Notes: generated by a model from the letters alone, not told the origin. Shown: positions 28,600-37,405, counted from the first letter of the stretch. The stretch: DNA of 64,000 bases from Planctomycetota bacterium (GCA_038747915.1 JBCDJJ010000003.1:19740-83739), one strand, 5' to 3'. A program made the numbers and translations.

Positions 28600-30582
28600 A
28601 TGTCGAGGGATGCCGGGCGACCCCCGCGATTCATCGAAGACGATCGGCTCGCGATGCTCCTGTTCGGTGGCAAGGGTGGTGTCGGCAAGACGACCTCCGC
28701 TTGCGCCGCAGCGGTGCGCCTCGCGATGGATCGTCCTCAGACGAGCGTCACGCTCATCTCCACCGATCCGGCGCACAGCACGAGCGATTGCCTCGGCGAT
28801 ACGGACGATCTTCCAGAGAACCTCGAGCTTGTCGAGCTTGATTCGGCTGCGGAGCAGGCTGCATTTATCTCCGAGCACGCGGATCAGCTGCGTGAGATCG
28901 CACTCCGCGGCACGTTCTTCGATGAGGAGGATGTCGACACATTCCTCGAACTCGCGGTGCCGGGTGCGGATGAGCTGATGGCGTTCCTGACACTGGCGCA
29001 CCACGCGGAGCGCATCGAGAACTCGCCGGGAGAGCCACGCGTGGTCGTGGTCGACACCGCCCCGACCGGCCACACGCTCCGGCTGCTCGCGATGCCCGAT
29101 CTGGTCGATCGATGGCTCGGCGCACTCGATGCCTTGCTCGCCAAGCACCGGTTCATGGCTTCGGCGTTCGGGTCAACGGGTGTGGATGAGGTCGAGCTGT
29201 TCCTTGCTCGGGTGACCGGGCAGGCCGAGTGCTTTGGCCGATTGTTGCGTGACGGTTCACGGTGTCAGTTCGTGCCGGTGTTCACACCCGAATCGCTCGC
29301 GGTGGCCGAGACGAATCGCTTAGTGACCGAACTCGAGCGGCTGGGCGTGGCATGCGACGAGGCGGTGCTGAACCGGCTTGTGCCGTCAGGTGAAGGCGAC
29401 CTTGGCGAAGCGATTCGCGCCGCGCAGCATCGCCAGCTCTCGGCGCTCGATGATTCGGTGCTCTGCCTCGACATCTGGGGACTGCCGGTGGCCCCGAGCG
29501 AGCCTGTGGGTCGGGCAGCACTTGCATCGTTGTGGGACCCGGGGCTTGCACCGGGCGGCATCACCGCGTGGCTTGCGAGCGATGTCGAACACGAGCCCGC
29601 GGAGGCACCGCGCGTCATGCAGGGCCGCGCATTGTCGCTTGATCCCAAGCGTCGGCTGCTGCTCGTGGCGGGTAAGGGCGGGGTGGGGAAGACGACGGTC
29701 GCATGCGCCGCGGCGATGGCCCTTGCTGCGGCGCGAAAGAAGGGCGATGTGCTCGTCGTCTCAACGGACCCTGCGCACTCGGTGGGTGATTGCTACGGCG
29801 TGTCGCTCACCGGGGAGCCGATCGAGATCGTGCCGCGCCTGCGAGCGATGGAGATCGACGCCGAGGCAGAGTTTGATCGGTTCCGTGAGCAGTACGAGCA
29901 GGAGATCGACGCGGCCCTCGGCTCCCTGATCGAGGGGGGCGACCTGACGTTCGATCGCGAGGCGATGTCTCGACTCGTGGATCTCGCGCCGCCGGGCATC
30001 GATGAGCTGATGGCCCTCGTACGCATCATCGACGAGCTCGACGGGGTCGTCGGCCGCACCATCGTGTTCGATACCGCGCCGACCGGGCACCTGCTCCGCC
30101 TGCTCGAGACGCCGGAGCTGGTCGAGTCGTGGCTAGCCGGCGTCTTCAAGCTCATGCTGAAGTACGAGTCGGTCGTTCGGGTCCCCCGGTTGCGTGATCG
30201 GTTGATCGAGCTGAGCAAGGGGATCAAGTCCGTGCGCACGATGCTGGGCACCGCAAAGTCGTCGTCACTCGTCGCGGTTTCCATCCCCACAAGACTGGCG
30301 GTCGAGGAGCTGAGCGATCTCGCACTCGCGATCCGTTCCATGGGTGTGGCCTTGGCGGGGGTGGTGATCAACCGGTGTACACCGGATGGTGGGGGTGTCA
30401 TCCTGAGCGGACAGGCCGAGGCGGAGCGCCACTGGATCGAGGTGGCCCGACGTGCGGTGCCGGATGCTGCACCGATATGCCTTACATGGGGGGGTGAGCC
30501 GGTGGGGATCGAGCGCCTTGGTGCGCTCGGGCGCGAACTCTTTGCTGTGCACCGTGGTGGTCTGCTTTCCTCAGCCGCATGA
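28600..30582 (+). CDS. Tandem two-domain ArsA/Get3-like P-loop ATPase embedded in the gvp cluster
   Basis: Two halves, each with a deviant Walker A GKGGVGKTT (LLFGGKGGVGKTTSACAAAV and LLVAGKGGVGKTTVACAAAM) and the ArsA/Get3 switch motif DTAPTGHT (twice). Confidence 0.85.
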   Translation: MSRDAGRPPRFIEDDRLAMLLFGGKGGVGKTTSACAAAVRLAMDRPQTSVTLISTDPAHSTSDCLGDTDDLPENLELVELDSAAEQAAFISEHADQLREIALRGTFFDEEDVDTFLELAVPGADELMAFLTLAHHAERIENSPGEPRVVVVDTAPTGHTLRLLAMPDLVDRWLGALDALLAKHRFMASAFGSTGVDEVELFLARVTGQAECFGRLLRDGSRCQFVPVFTPESLAVAETNRLVTELERLGVACDEAVLNRLVPSGEGDLGEAIRAAQHRQLSALDDSVLCLDIWGLPVAPSEPVGRAALASLWDPGLAPGGITAWLASDVEHEPAEAPRVMQGRALSLDPKRRLLLVAGKGGVGKTTVACAAAMALAAARKKGDVLVVSTDPAHSVGDCYGVSLTGEPIEIVPRLRAMEIDAEAEFDRFREQYEQEIDAALGSLIEGGDLTFDREAMSRLVDLAPPGIDELMALVRIIDELDGVVGRTIVFDTAPTGHLLRLLETPELVESWLAGVFKLMLKYESVVRVPRLRDRLIELSKGIKSVRTMLGTAKSSSLVAVSIPTRLAVEELSDLALAIRSMGVALAGVVINRCTPDGGGVILSGQAEAERHWIEVARRAVPDAAPICLTWGGEPVGIERLGALGRELFAVHRGGLLSSAA

Positions 30583-30640
30583 CGAGCCGATAACCGCTAT
30601 CGATCGGTCCCGTGTTGTCGTCCTTTGGGAGTTCGTCTCG

Positions 30641-30874
30641 ATGCCGCGCACGCGTCTTCACCAAGTAGCTCGTTCGTCCGGGAGGGCGCGGTGTATCGAG
30701 CCGCAGGAGACGATCCTGTGCGACGCGCTTGACCGTGTGCTCAGTGTCGGTGTGGCGGCGCGTGGCGACCTCGTGATCGCTGTGGCGGATGTGCCGCTGA
30801 TCAAGCTGAGCCTGGGTGTGTTGCTGGCCTCGGTCGAGACCGCCGAGGGCCGGATCGAGAGGGGGACACGATGA
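30641..30874 (+). CDS. Small GvpA-family protein (GvpS/GvpM-like), not called in the ORF track as a separate gene
   Basis: 77 aa: ILCDALDRVLSVGVAARGDLVIAVADVPLIKLSLGVLLASVETAEG matches the GvpA/J/M/S core (LxxxLDRxLxxGVxxxGDxxIxxxxVxLxxLxLxxxxASVE). ATGA overlap with the gvpK start. Confidence 0.6.
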   Translation: MPRTRLHQVARSSGRARCIEPQETILCDALDRVLSVGVAARGDLVIAVADVPLIKLSLGVLLASVETAEGRIERGTR

Positions 30875-31218
30875 CCCGATGCCCGACCGAACTCGAACCG
30901 CTGCTCTCGGCGCTGGAAGACGTGACCGCGGTGGACGACTCCGAGGCGGATGCCTCGCCGCGGCTCAACGTCGACCCCGCGGATGTGAAAAAGGGGCTCG
31001 GTCAGCTCGTGCTGACCGTGGTCCGGCTGCTGCACGAGCTGCTCGAGCGTCAGGCGATCCGTCGGATCGAGTCGGGCTCGCTGACCGATGACGAGGCCGA
31101 CCGACTCGGCACGACGATGAAGCTCCAAGCCGAGGAGATCGAGAAGCTCGCCGGCTACTTCGGGCTGCGCACCGAAGATCTGAACATGGACCTCGGCCCC
31201 CTCGGCAAGTTGATGTAA
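30871..31218 (+). CDS. gvpK: Gas vesicle protein GvpK
   Basis: GLGQLVLTVVRLLHELLERQAIRRIESGSLTDDEADRLG. Confidence 0.85.
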   Translation: MTRCPTELEPLLSALEDVTAVDDSEADASPRLNVDPADVKKGLGQLVLTVVRLLHELLERQAIRRIESGSLTDDEADRLGTTMKLQAEEIEKLAGYFGLRTEDLNMDLGPLGKLM

Positions 31219-31228
31219 GGCGCGTGCG

Positions 31229-31621
31229 ATGGCGATTCAGCAGGGTGGCCCGACCCACCTGAGCACAACCAACATCGCGGACCTACTCGAGCGTGTGCTC
31301 GACAAGGGTGTGGTCATCGCGGGTGATGTCAAGCTCAAGCTGCTCGACATTGAACTTCTCACGATTCAGCTCCGTTTGGTGGTGTGCTCGGTCGACAAGG
31401 CGCAGCAGATGGGCATCGACTGGTGGTCGCAGACCAAATCGCTGTGCGCACCGGAGGAGACACCACCGATCGAGGCGGGTACAGAGGCCGAGACCAAGCC
31501 CGCGCTGCCGTCGCCCGAAGAGCACGAGGCGCTGCAGCAACGAGTGGAGGAGCTTCAACAGCAACTCGAGCAGATCCAAACCGAGCAGCAGACCCCCTGG
31601 CGGAGACCCAAGACCCCATGA
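31229..31621 (+). CDS. gvpJ: Gas vesicle protein GvpJ (GvpA family)
   Basis: LADLLERVLDKGVVIAGDVKLKLLDIELLTIQLRLVVCSVDKAQQMGIDWW. Confidence 0.85.
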   Translation: MAIQQGGPTHLSTTNIADLLERVLDKGVVIAGDVKLKLLDIELLTIQLRLVVCSVDKAQQMGIDWWSQTKSLCAPEETPPIEAGTEAETKPALPSPEEHEALQQRVEELQQQLEQIQTEQQTPWRRPKTP

Positions 31622-32247
31622 TCGCCCGTGAGGCGCCCGGAGAGCGCCGACTCGTTGTCATCCCGATGCTGCACACCGAGACGGACCTCGGCGAGCTATC
31701 AGACCGTGTTCGGCGTGAGACCGTCGCCCATGCCGGTCGACGAGCGTGGGAGCGCAAGCAGCGTGCGATCGAGCGGCTATGGAGCGAGATCACCGAATGG
31801 TCGGAGCGTGTTGCGATCCCTGAGGCCGGCATGCGGCTCTACCAGGATGGTCTGCCGGTCTGCGGACCGGGCGAGCGCGATGTCACGCGCACCATCGTGG
31901 AGGATCTCGGTACACGCGGGAGCCTGAACCATCGCATCCTGCTGAGTCTCATCGAGCGCGGGGCGACGCTCGAGGGCACCGAGTCGCCAGAGTTGCTGCT
32001 CGCCGAGTATCGCTTGGCCCGGGGCGAGGCGGAGCAGGATGGTGATGGCACCCCCGCTGCGCACGATCTGCTCGAGCAACGTGACCGGTTCATCGCGCAG
32101 CGCATCGATGCCACGCTCGAGCCTCACCAGGTCGGCGTGCTGTTCATCGGGTATTTGCACAACATCCCGCCGCACCTGCCCGCAGGCATCACGGTCGAGC
32201 ACCCCTTCGACGTTGCCGAGGCCCTCAGCCAAGGAGCACACGCATGA
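31618..32247 (+). CDS. Hypothetical gvp-cluster protein
   Basis: 209 aa, coupled by ATGA overlaps to gvpJ upstream and hsp20 downstream. No recognised motif. Confidence 0.5.
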   Translation: MIAREAPGERRLVVIPMLHTETDLGELSDRVRRETVAHAGRRAWERKQRAIERLWSEITEWSERVAIPEAGMRLYQDGLPVCGPGERDVTRTIVEDLGTRGSLNHRILLSLIERGATLEGTESPELLLAEYRLARGEAEQDGDGTPAAHDLLEQRDRFIAQRIDATLEPHQVGVLFIGYLHNIPPHLPAGITVEHPFDVAEALSQGAHA

Positions 32248-32780
32248 GCACCGCCAACACCCCACCCGGATCGTCCGGCCACCCGTCGGGCGGCCAGCCC
32301 GCAGGGTTCCTTGATGGTCTAACTCGGCTGCTTCACACGATCGGCGAGCTCGCGGACAAGGGTGCCGAGCTGAAAGAGTCCGGACTGTTCGAGACAGAGT
32401 CGGGCAAGCAGGGCCGCGTGAACGTCGGCTTCTCGATCCGCACCGCGGGGACCGGTCAACCGGGCGAGGGCGGGCTCAAGGTCGAGCCGTTTGGCAACGT
32501 GCGGCGCAACCGCGAGACGGGCGAGGCGGAACTCGCTGCGGTGCGCGAACCGATCGTCGATGTGTTCGACGAGGAGGGCGAAGCGCTGCGTGTGGTGGCC
32601 GAACTGCCCGGTATCGATGAGAGCCAGGTGACTCTCCGCGCCGATGGGCGCACGCTCGTGCTCGAGGCCGAGGATGGCTCGAAGCGCTACCACGCCGAGG
32701 TCGAGCTCCCCCGCGAGGTGCGCGTGGAGGAGGCATCGATCTCGTGCAATAACGGGATCGCGGAGATCACCTTTTCTTGA
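32244..32780 (+). CDS. Hsp20/alpha-crystallin family protein (GvpH-like position)
   Basis: ACD: ALRVVAELPGIDESQVTLRADGRTLVLEAE...YHAEVELPREV...GIAEITF. AAGGAG SD. Confidence 0.85.
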   Translation: MSTANTPPGSSGHPSGGQPAGFLDGLTRLLHTIGELADKGAELKESGLFETESGKQGRVNVGFSIRTAGTGQPGEGGLKVEPFGNVRRNRETGEAELAAVREPIVDVFDEEGEALRVVAELPGIDESQVTLRADGRTLVLEAEDGSKRYHAEVELPREVRVEEASISCNNGIAEITFS

Positions 32781-32816
32781 GCGTGTGGACCACGCCTGTA
32801 TCACGATGAGTCGGAG

Positions 32817-34979
32817 ATGCGCCGGATGATCCGCAAGAGCCCTCCCGCAGCCGAGCTGACCCGCCGGGTCGCCGAGGCCCAGCCGAAGGATGTTGGCCGC
32901 GCCATCGCGCGCCTCGATCCCTCGGATCTGCGTGAGCTCGGTCTCGCGACGGGCGACACCGTCGAGGTGGTCGGTGCGCGGACGACCGTGTGCCGAGCGC
33001 TGCCGACACGGAAGTCCGACCGGTCCGCCGGCTCGGTTCACATCGATGGGATGACGCGCGAGAACGCGCGCGTCGGTGTCGATGCGGAGGTGGCGATTCG
33101 GCCGGTGCCGTGCCCACGGGCCGAGCGTGTGGTTCTTGAGCCAGAGGCCCGCCGCCCCGATGGGAAGGAGCTGGCGTACATCGCATCGCTGCTCGATGGG
33201 CTGCCGGTTTCGTCTGGTGACCGCGTGCGGGTGAACACCTTCGGTAATCGCCCGATGCACTTCCGTGTGAAGCGCACGATGCCGGATACGGCGTGCGTCG
33301 TCGCCTCGAGCACCGCGCTGGAACTCGTGGGCGGGTCATCGAGTAGCAGCCGAGCGAAGCGGGACGCACCCGCTGCAACGCCGGCGAGCGTCTCGTACGA
33401 GGATGTCGGTGGTCTGGGCAAGCAGGTGCATCGCATCCGGGAGACGATCGAGCTCCCGCTGCGCTTCCCCGAGGTGTTCGATCGCTTGGGGATCGATCCG
33501 CCTAAGGGCGTGCTGCTGCACGGCCCGCCCGGGTGCGGCAAGACACTCATCGCCCGCGCGATCGCGCACGAGACCAATGCCAACTTCTTCGTGATCTCCG
33601 GGCCCGAGATCGTACACAAGCACTACGGCGAGTCGGAGGCCAATCTCCGCAAGGTGTGGGCCGAGGCGACGCGTCAGGGTCCATCGATCGTGTTCATCGA
33701 CGAGATCGACTCGATCGCGCCCAAGCGGGAGCAGACACAGGGCGAGGTGGAGAAGCGGATCGTCGCGACGCTTCTTACCTTGATGGACGGGCTCGAAGCC
33801 CGGCGGGGTGTTGTCGTGCTCGCTGCGACTAACCTGCCGAACAACCTCGACCCCGCCCTGCGGCGACCCGGGCGATTTGACCGGGAGATCGAGATCCCGG
33901 TGCCCGACGCGATCGGTCGTGGTGAGATCCTCGATGTGCATACGCGCGGCATGCCGCTCGCGGCCGATGTTGATCTGGATCGAGTCGCCCAGATTACACA
34001 CGGGTGCGTCGGGGCCGATCTCGAGTCACTGTGCCGTGAGGCAGCGATGCACTGTCTCCGCCAGATCATGGGGGAGATCGACTTCGTCACCGGTGATGTG
34101 CCCTACGAGAAGCTCGCCTCGCTCACGGTCTCGATGAACGATTTCGTGGCCGCGTTCGCCGAGGTCACGCCGAGCGCTCTGCGTGAGGTATTCGTCGAGA
34201 CACCGCGTGTGTCGTGGGACGATGTCGGCGGTCTCGAGGATGTAAAAGCCAAACTGGTTGAATCGGTCGACTGGCCCGTGCGGCACGCAGCACTCTTTGA
34301 AGAGGCGAAGCTCCGTCCACCCCGCGGTGTGATGCTCGCCGGCCCTCCGGGTGTGGGGAAGACGCTGATCGCCAAGGCCACCGCGAGCCAGCTCGGCGCC
34401 AACTTCATCTCGGTGAAAGGCCCGGAGCTGCTGTCGCAGTTTGTGGGCGAGTCGGAGCGAGCGATGCGCGAGGTGTTCCGAAAGGCGCGGCTGGCCTCGC
34501 CATGTGTGATTTTCCTTGACGAGGCGGATGCGCTGCTGCCTAAACGCTCCGGTTCAGCGACCGATGGCGGCGTGCGCGAGCGTGTGGCGGCTCAATTCCT
34601 CACGGAGATGGACGGCATCGAGGAGCTGCGCGGCGTGCTTGTGCTCGCGGCGACGAATCGGCTGGACATCATCGATCCTGCGGCGCTCCGGCCGGGACGG
34701 TTCGATCACGTGATCGAGCTCGGCCTGCCGACACCGGTCGATCGCGAACGCATCTTCGCGGTCCATCTGCGCGATCGCCCGACGGGCACGGCAGTCACAG
34801 CTGAAGTGCTGGCGGAGCTCGCCGGCGATGTGAGCGGAGCAGAGATCGCGGGTGTGTGCGACCGGGCCGCGATGCTCGCGGTGCGAGACAGCGTGTCGGG
34901 CGGTGCCCCGATCCGAATGACGCTCGAACACTTCCGGGGCGCAATGCGCGACATCCTCGGCGTGGAGATCGAATCATGA
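32817..34979 (+). CDS. CDC48/VAT-type AAA+ ATPase (N-domain plus D1 and D2)
   Basis: CDC48 N-domain TRRVAEAQPKDVGRAIARLDPSDLRELGLATGDTVEVVG. Two Walker A motifs, GPPGCGKTLIARAIAHE and GPPGVGKTLIAKATAS, plus two second-region-of-homology segments. Confidence 0.85.
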   Translation: MRRMIRKSPPAAELTRRVAEAQPKDVGRAIARLDPSDLRELGLATGDTVEVVGARTTVCRALPTRKSDRSAGSVHIDGMTRENARVGVDAEVAIRPVPCPRAERVVLEPEARRPDGKELAYIASLLDGLPVSSGDRVRVNTFGNRPMHFRVKRTMPDTACVVASSTALELVGGSSSSSRAKRDAPAATPASVSYEDVGGLGKQVHRIRETIELPLRFPEVFDRLGIDPPKGVLLHGPPGCGKTLIARAIAHETNANFFVISGPEIVHKHYGESEANLRKVWAEATRQGPSIVFIDEIDSIAPKREQTQGEVEKRIVATLLTLMDGLEARRGVVVLAATNLPNNLDPALRRPGRFDREIEIPVPDAIGRGEILDVHTRGMPLAADVDLDRVAQITHGCVGADLESLCREAAMHCLRQIMGEIDFVTGDVPYEKLASLTVSMNDFVAAFAEVTPSALREVFVETPRVSWDDVGGLEDVKAKLVESVDWPVRHAALFEEAKLRPPRGVMLAGPPGVGKTLIAKATASQLGANFISVKGPELLSQFVGESERAMREVFRKARLASPCVIFLDEADALLPKRSGSATDGGVRERVAAQFLTEMDGIEELRGVLVLAATNRLDIIDPAALRPGRFDHVIELGLPTPVDRERIFAVHLRDRPTGTAVTAEVLAELAGDVSGAEIAGVCDRAAMLAVRDSVSGGAPIRMTLEHFRGAMRDILGVEIES

Positions 34980-35806
34980 ACCAATCTGGTGGTCCTGCCG
35001 TCAAGTCGCGGTTTGCGGTCGAGCCCAAGCCGGAGTCGTCGCCGTCGCCTATCTACGCAGCGGCGCTGCTACCGCCGGATGCGCCCGCGATCGAGGCACC
35101 GGGGATCGAGCAAGGCCTGACGCTCCGCACGGTGGAGATCGGCGGGTGGTGTGCGTTTGCAGGTGTGGTTGGCCTCTCGATGTTCATGGGCGACGACGCC
35201 GAGCAACGGCTCCAAGACCCTGCGTGGCTCACCCCGCGTGCGATCGCGCACGAGCGGGCACTGCTCGAGGCCCGGACACACGTCGACCTGCTCCCGCTCC
35301 CATTCGGCACGGTGTTCCACTCGCTCGACTCGCTCGCAGACCGGTGCGATCGTCACGCCGAGGTACTCGCCGACTTCTTCGCCAGAACCTGCGGCGCCTC
35401 CGAATGGTGCATCAAGGTGACAGCGAGCCGGCGTGACGCGATCGAGCACGAGGTCGAGTCGCGTTTAAACCTCGAAGTCGGGGCCGAGGCGAGCGGCGCC
35501 GCGTACCTCCGCGCTCAGGCACGTCGCCGCGCGATCGAGACCGAGGTGCTCCACGATCTCTCGGCCTTCGCCGATGAACAGGCCGACCGGCTCGATGCGA
35601 TCGCTCGCGATAGCTCGGATCGGCGTCAGACATCGGGAGAGCCCGACATCGAGACACTCGCGCACTGGGCATTCCTTGTCGATCGCCGCGAGAGCGAGCG
35701 GGTGTCCGAGCTCACGCGAGAGATCAACCACGGTGCGCCCTCCGGCGTGCGTTTCGATCTCGCGGGCCCGTTCCCGCCGTACAGCTTCACCCCACGGTTG
35801 AGCTGA
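34976..35806 (+). CDS. Gas vesicle protein GvpF/GvpL family (second copy)
   Basis: WLTPRAIAHERALLEARTHVDLLPLPFGTVFHSL. ATGA overlap with the cdc48-like stop. Confidence 0.75.
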   Translation: MNQSGGPAVKSRFAVEPKPESSPSPIYAAALLPPDAPAIEAPGIEQGLTLRTVEIGGWCAFAGVVGLSMFMGDDAEQRLQDPAWLTPRAIAHERALLEARTHVDLLPLPFGTVFHSLDSLADRCDRHAEVLADFFARTCGASEWCIKVTASRRDAIEHEVESRLNLEVGAEASGAAYLRAQARRRAIETEVLHDLSAFADEQADRLDAIARDSSDRRQTSGEPDIETLAHWAFLVDRRESERVSELTREINHGAPSGVRFDLAGPFPPYSFTPRLS

Positions 35807-35841
35807 GCGCCAGACCCGCCACATCAAGGTATCTGTTCGAT

Positions 35842-35904
35842 GTTGTGTATCGCACAACGTTCGGCGCATGAAAACACTGCACTCCCTTGTGCGGGCGTGC
35901 AGTG
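35842..35904. terminator. Two hairpins in the convergent gap between gvpF2 and pyp (candidate bidirectional terminators)
   Basis: GTTGTG-TATCG-CACAAC at 35842-35858, and CACTGCAC...GTGCAGTG (8-bp arms) at 35875-35904. No clear U-tract. Confidence 0.25.
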
Positions 35905-35944
35905 TGCGGGTGTGTGTCGGGGAGTCGTGGCCGAGGTTCCGGGC

Positions 35945-36349
35945 TCAGCCGGCGACTTTGACGAAGATCCAGTTCGTCTTACTGGCCGGATCGCGGTAGA
36001 GGTGGATGTTGACCGCGGTGGGCTTCATCTTGAAGGTGAAGGTGTAGGGGAAGGCGAGGTTGAGCTGATCGGCGGCGACGCCCTTCTTGAACGAGCCGAA
36101 GAAGAGGCCGTTGTTCGAGCAGGGGGCGACCTGGGTGAAGAAGTTGCGGCCCTCGGCCTGGCTGGCGGGGATGCCAGCGAGGTTCTGCTCGTACTGGTTG
36201 TAAAGCAGGATCTTGCCGGCTTCGTCGGTCTTGATGATCCCGAAGTCGTAGCCGTCCGCGTCGCCGCGGGAGAGGTTTCCGAGTCGAGAGAACAGTTCGT
36301 CGGGGACAAAGGTGCCGTTCTGGCTGGCGGTGTTCATCATGACGCTCAT
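35945..36349 (-). CDS. pyp: Photoactive yellow protein (PAS-domain blue-light photoreceptor)
   Basis: FGIIKTDEAGKILLYNQYEQNLAGIPASQAEGRNFFTQVAPCSNNGLFFGSFKKGVAADQLNLAFPYTFTFKMKPTAVNIHLYRDPASKTNWIFVKV. It has the NFF..VAPC chromophore-Cys motif and close colinearity with Halorhodospira PYP. Confidence 0.85.
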   Translation of the reverse strand: MSVMMNTASQNGTFVPDELFSRLGNLSRGDADGYDFGIIKTDEAGKILLYNQYEQNLAGIPASQAEGRNFFTQVAPCSNNGLFFGSFKKGVAADQLNLAFPYTFTFKMKPTAVNIHLYRDPASKTNWIFVKVAG

Positions 36350-36690
36350 TCGTGTGCTCCTTGATTCAGATGCTCTTTCCATTCGGCCCGCATGACGGGC
36401 TTGTCGTCCACGATCTCGAGCGAGATCGACTTCTCGGAGAACTGCGCATCCAGGTGCTCAGCGAGCTGATTCACCTGCACGAGCAGGGCGGCGGCGGTCG
36501 ATCCGTCGGCATCGGCGATGCCTCCGAATCGCTGGTAGAGGTCGCAGAGCTGCGCCTCCAGACTACGGACCATGTTGAGAATCCCGTCGGCATCGCACAC
36601 ACCGATCTGGCTCGCGAGCTGCTCACGCTCGGCGTAGATCGATTCGAGCTGGTGCAGCGTGCCGCCGGTCTCGTTGCTGATGTTCTGCAT
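36346..36690 (-). CDS. Hypothetical protein co-operonic with pyp
   Basis: 114 aa. Its stop overlaps the pyp start by 4 nt. No recognisable domain. Confidence 0.5.
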   Translation of the reverse strand: MQNISNETGGTLHQLESIYAEREQLASQIGVCDADGILNMVRSLEAQLCDLYQRFGGIADADGSTAAALLVQVNQLAEHLDAQFSEKSISLEIVDDKPVMRAEWKEHLNQGAHE

Positions 36691-36723
36691 TCGATGTTCC
36701 TCGTGTATCGTGGCCCGAGCGGA

Positions 36724-37134
36724 TCAGGCGGCCTTGGCCCGATCCACTCGGTCGGAGATGAACGTGACGATCGTGTCAACGTCTTCCGGATCCGCGTGCT
36801 GCTCGACCACGTCGATCAGCACACTGATCCCCGAACCACGGAGCATGGACGGCTGGTCGGGCTGACCAGTCCGGAACATCGCGTAGTTCATCTTGGTGTT
36901 CAGGCCCATCCACTGGGTCTTGAAATCGATGAAGTAGGAGGCCGCGATCGAGCGGTGCTCCTCCTCCTCGTCCGTCGACTGGAGATCATGCACGACCTTG
37001 TCACGAAGGCTGTTCACCCACTGACGGGTCTCGCTGATCGCGCCCGAGTCGAATCCTTCCACTTCGATGGCGCCGTTCACGCGCTCATCGAAGGTTGCAG
37101 CGTTGAGCTGCTCAATCAAGCTACTTGCGTTCAT
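36724..37134 (-). CDS. Hypothetical protein, first gene of the pyp operon
   Basis: 136 aa, acidic. No recognisable domain. Confidence 0.5.
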   Translation of the reverse strand: MNASSLIEQLNAATFDERVNGAIEVEGFDSGAISETRQWVNSLRDKVVHDLQSTDEEEEHRSIAASYFIDFKTQWMGLNTKMNYAMFRTGQPDQPSMLRGSGISVLIDVVEQHADPEDVDTIVTFISDRVDRAKAA

Positions 37135-37405
37135 GGGGCTTCTCCGATGGGTTGGCTCACCACAGGACTGAGGAGTTGGTCGGTCGAGGCGCCTCGCTCG
37201 TTCATCTCAACGACAACCCTTCATGCAAATCGATGTAAATCCCCAAGGACCGGGGAGCACCCGTATGCCGTCGCGCACCGATCGACCGGCAATCGAACCA
37301 CGGAGCACGAAGCACACCGTGAAGGGTCGCTTCCTCTCATCGAGCGCACCCGAGAGGCCGATAGCACAGACGCGCACGCCGGGCGACGAGACGCGAGTGA
37401 CCGAG

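Noticed and set aside
28444-30401. Minus-strand ORFs 28444..29148 and 29793..30401
   Set aside because: Antisense to the ArsA-like gene.
32319-34001. Minus-strand ORFs 32319..33260 and 33336..34001
   Set aside because: Antisense to the hsp20 and cdc48-like genes.
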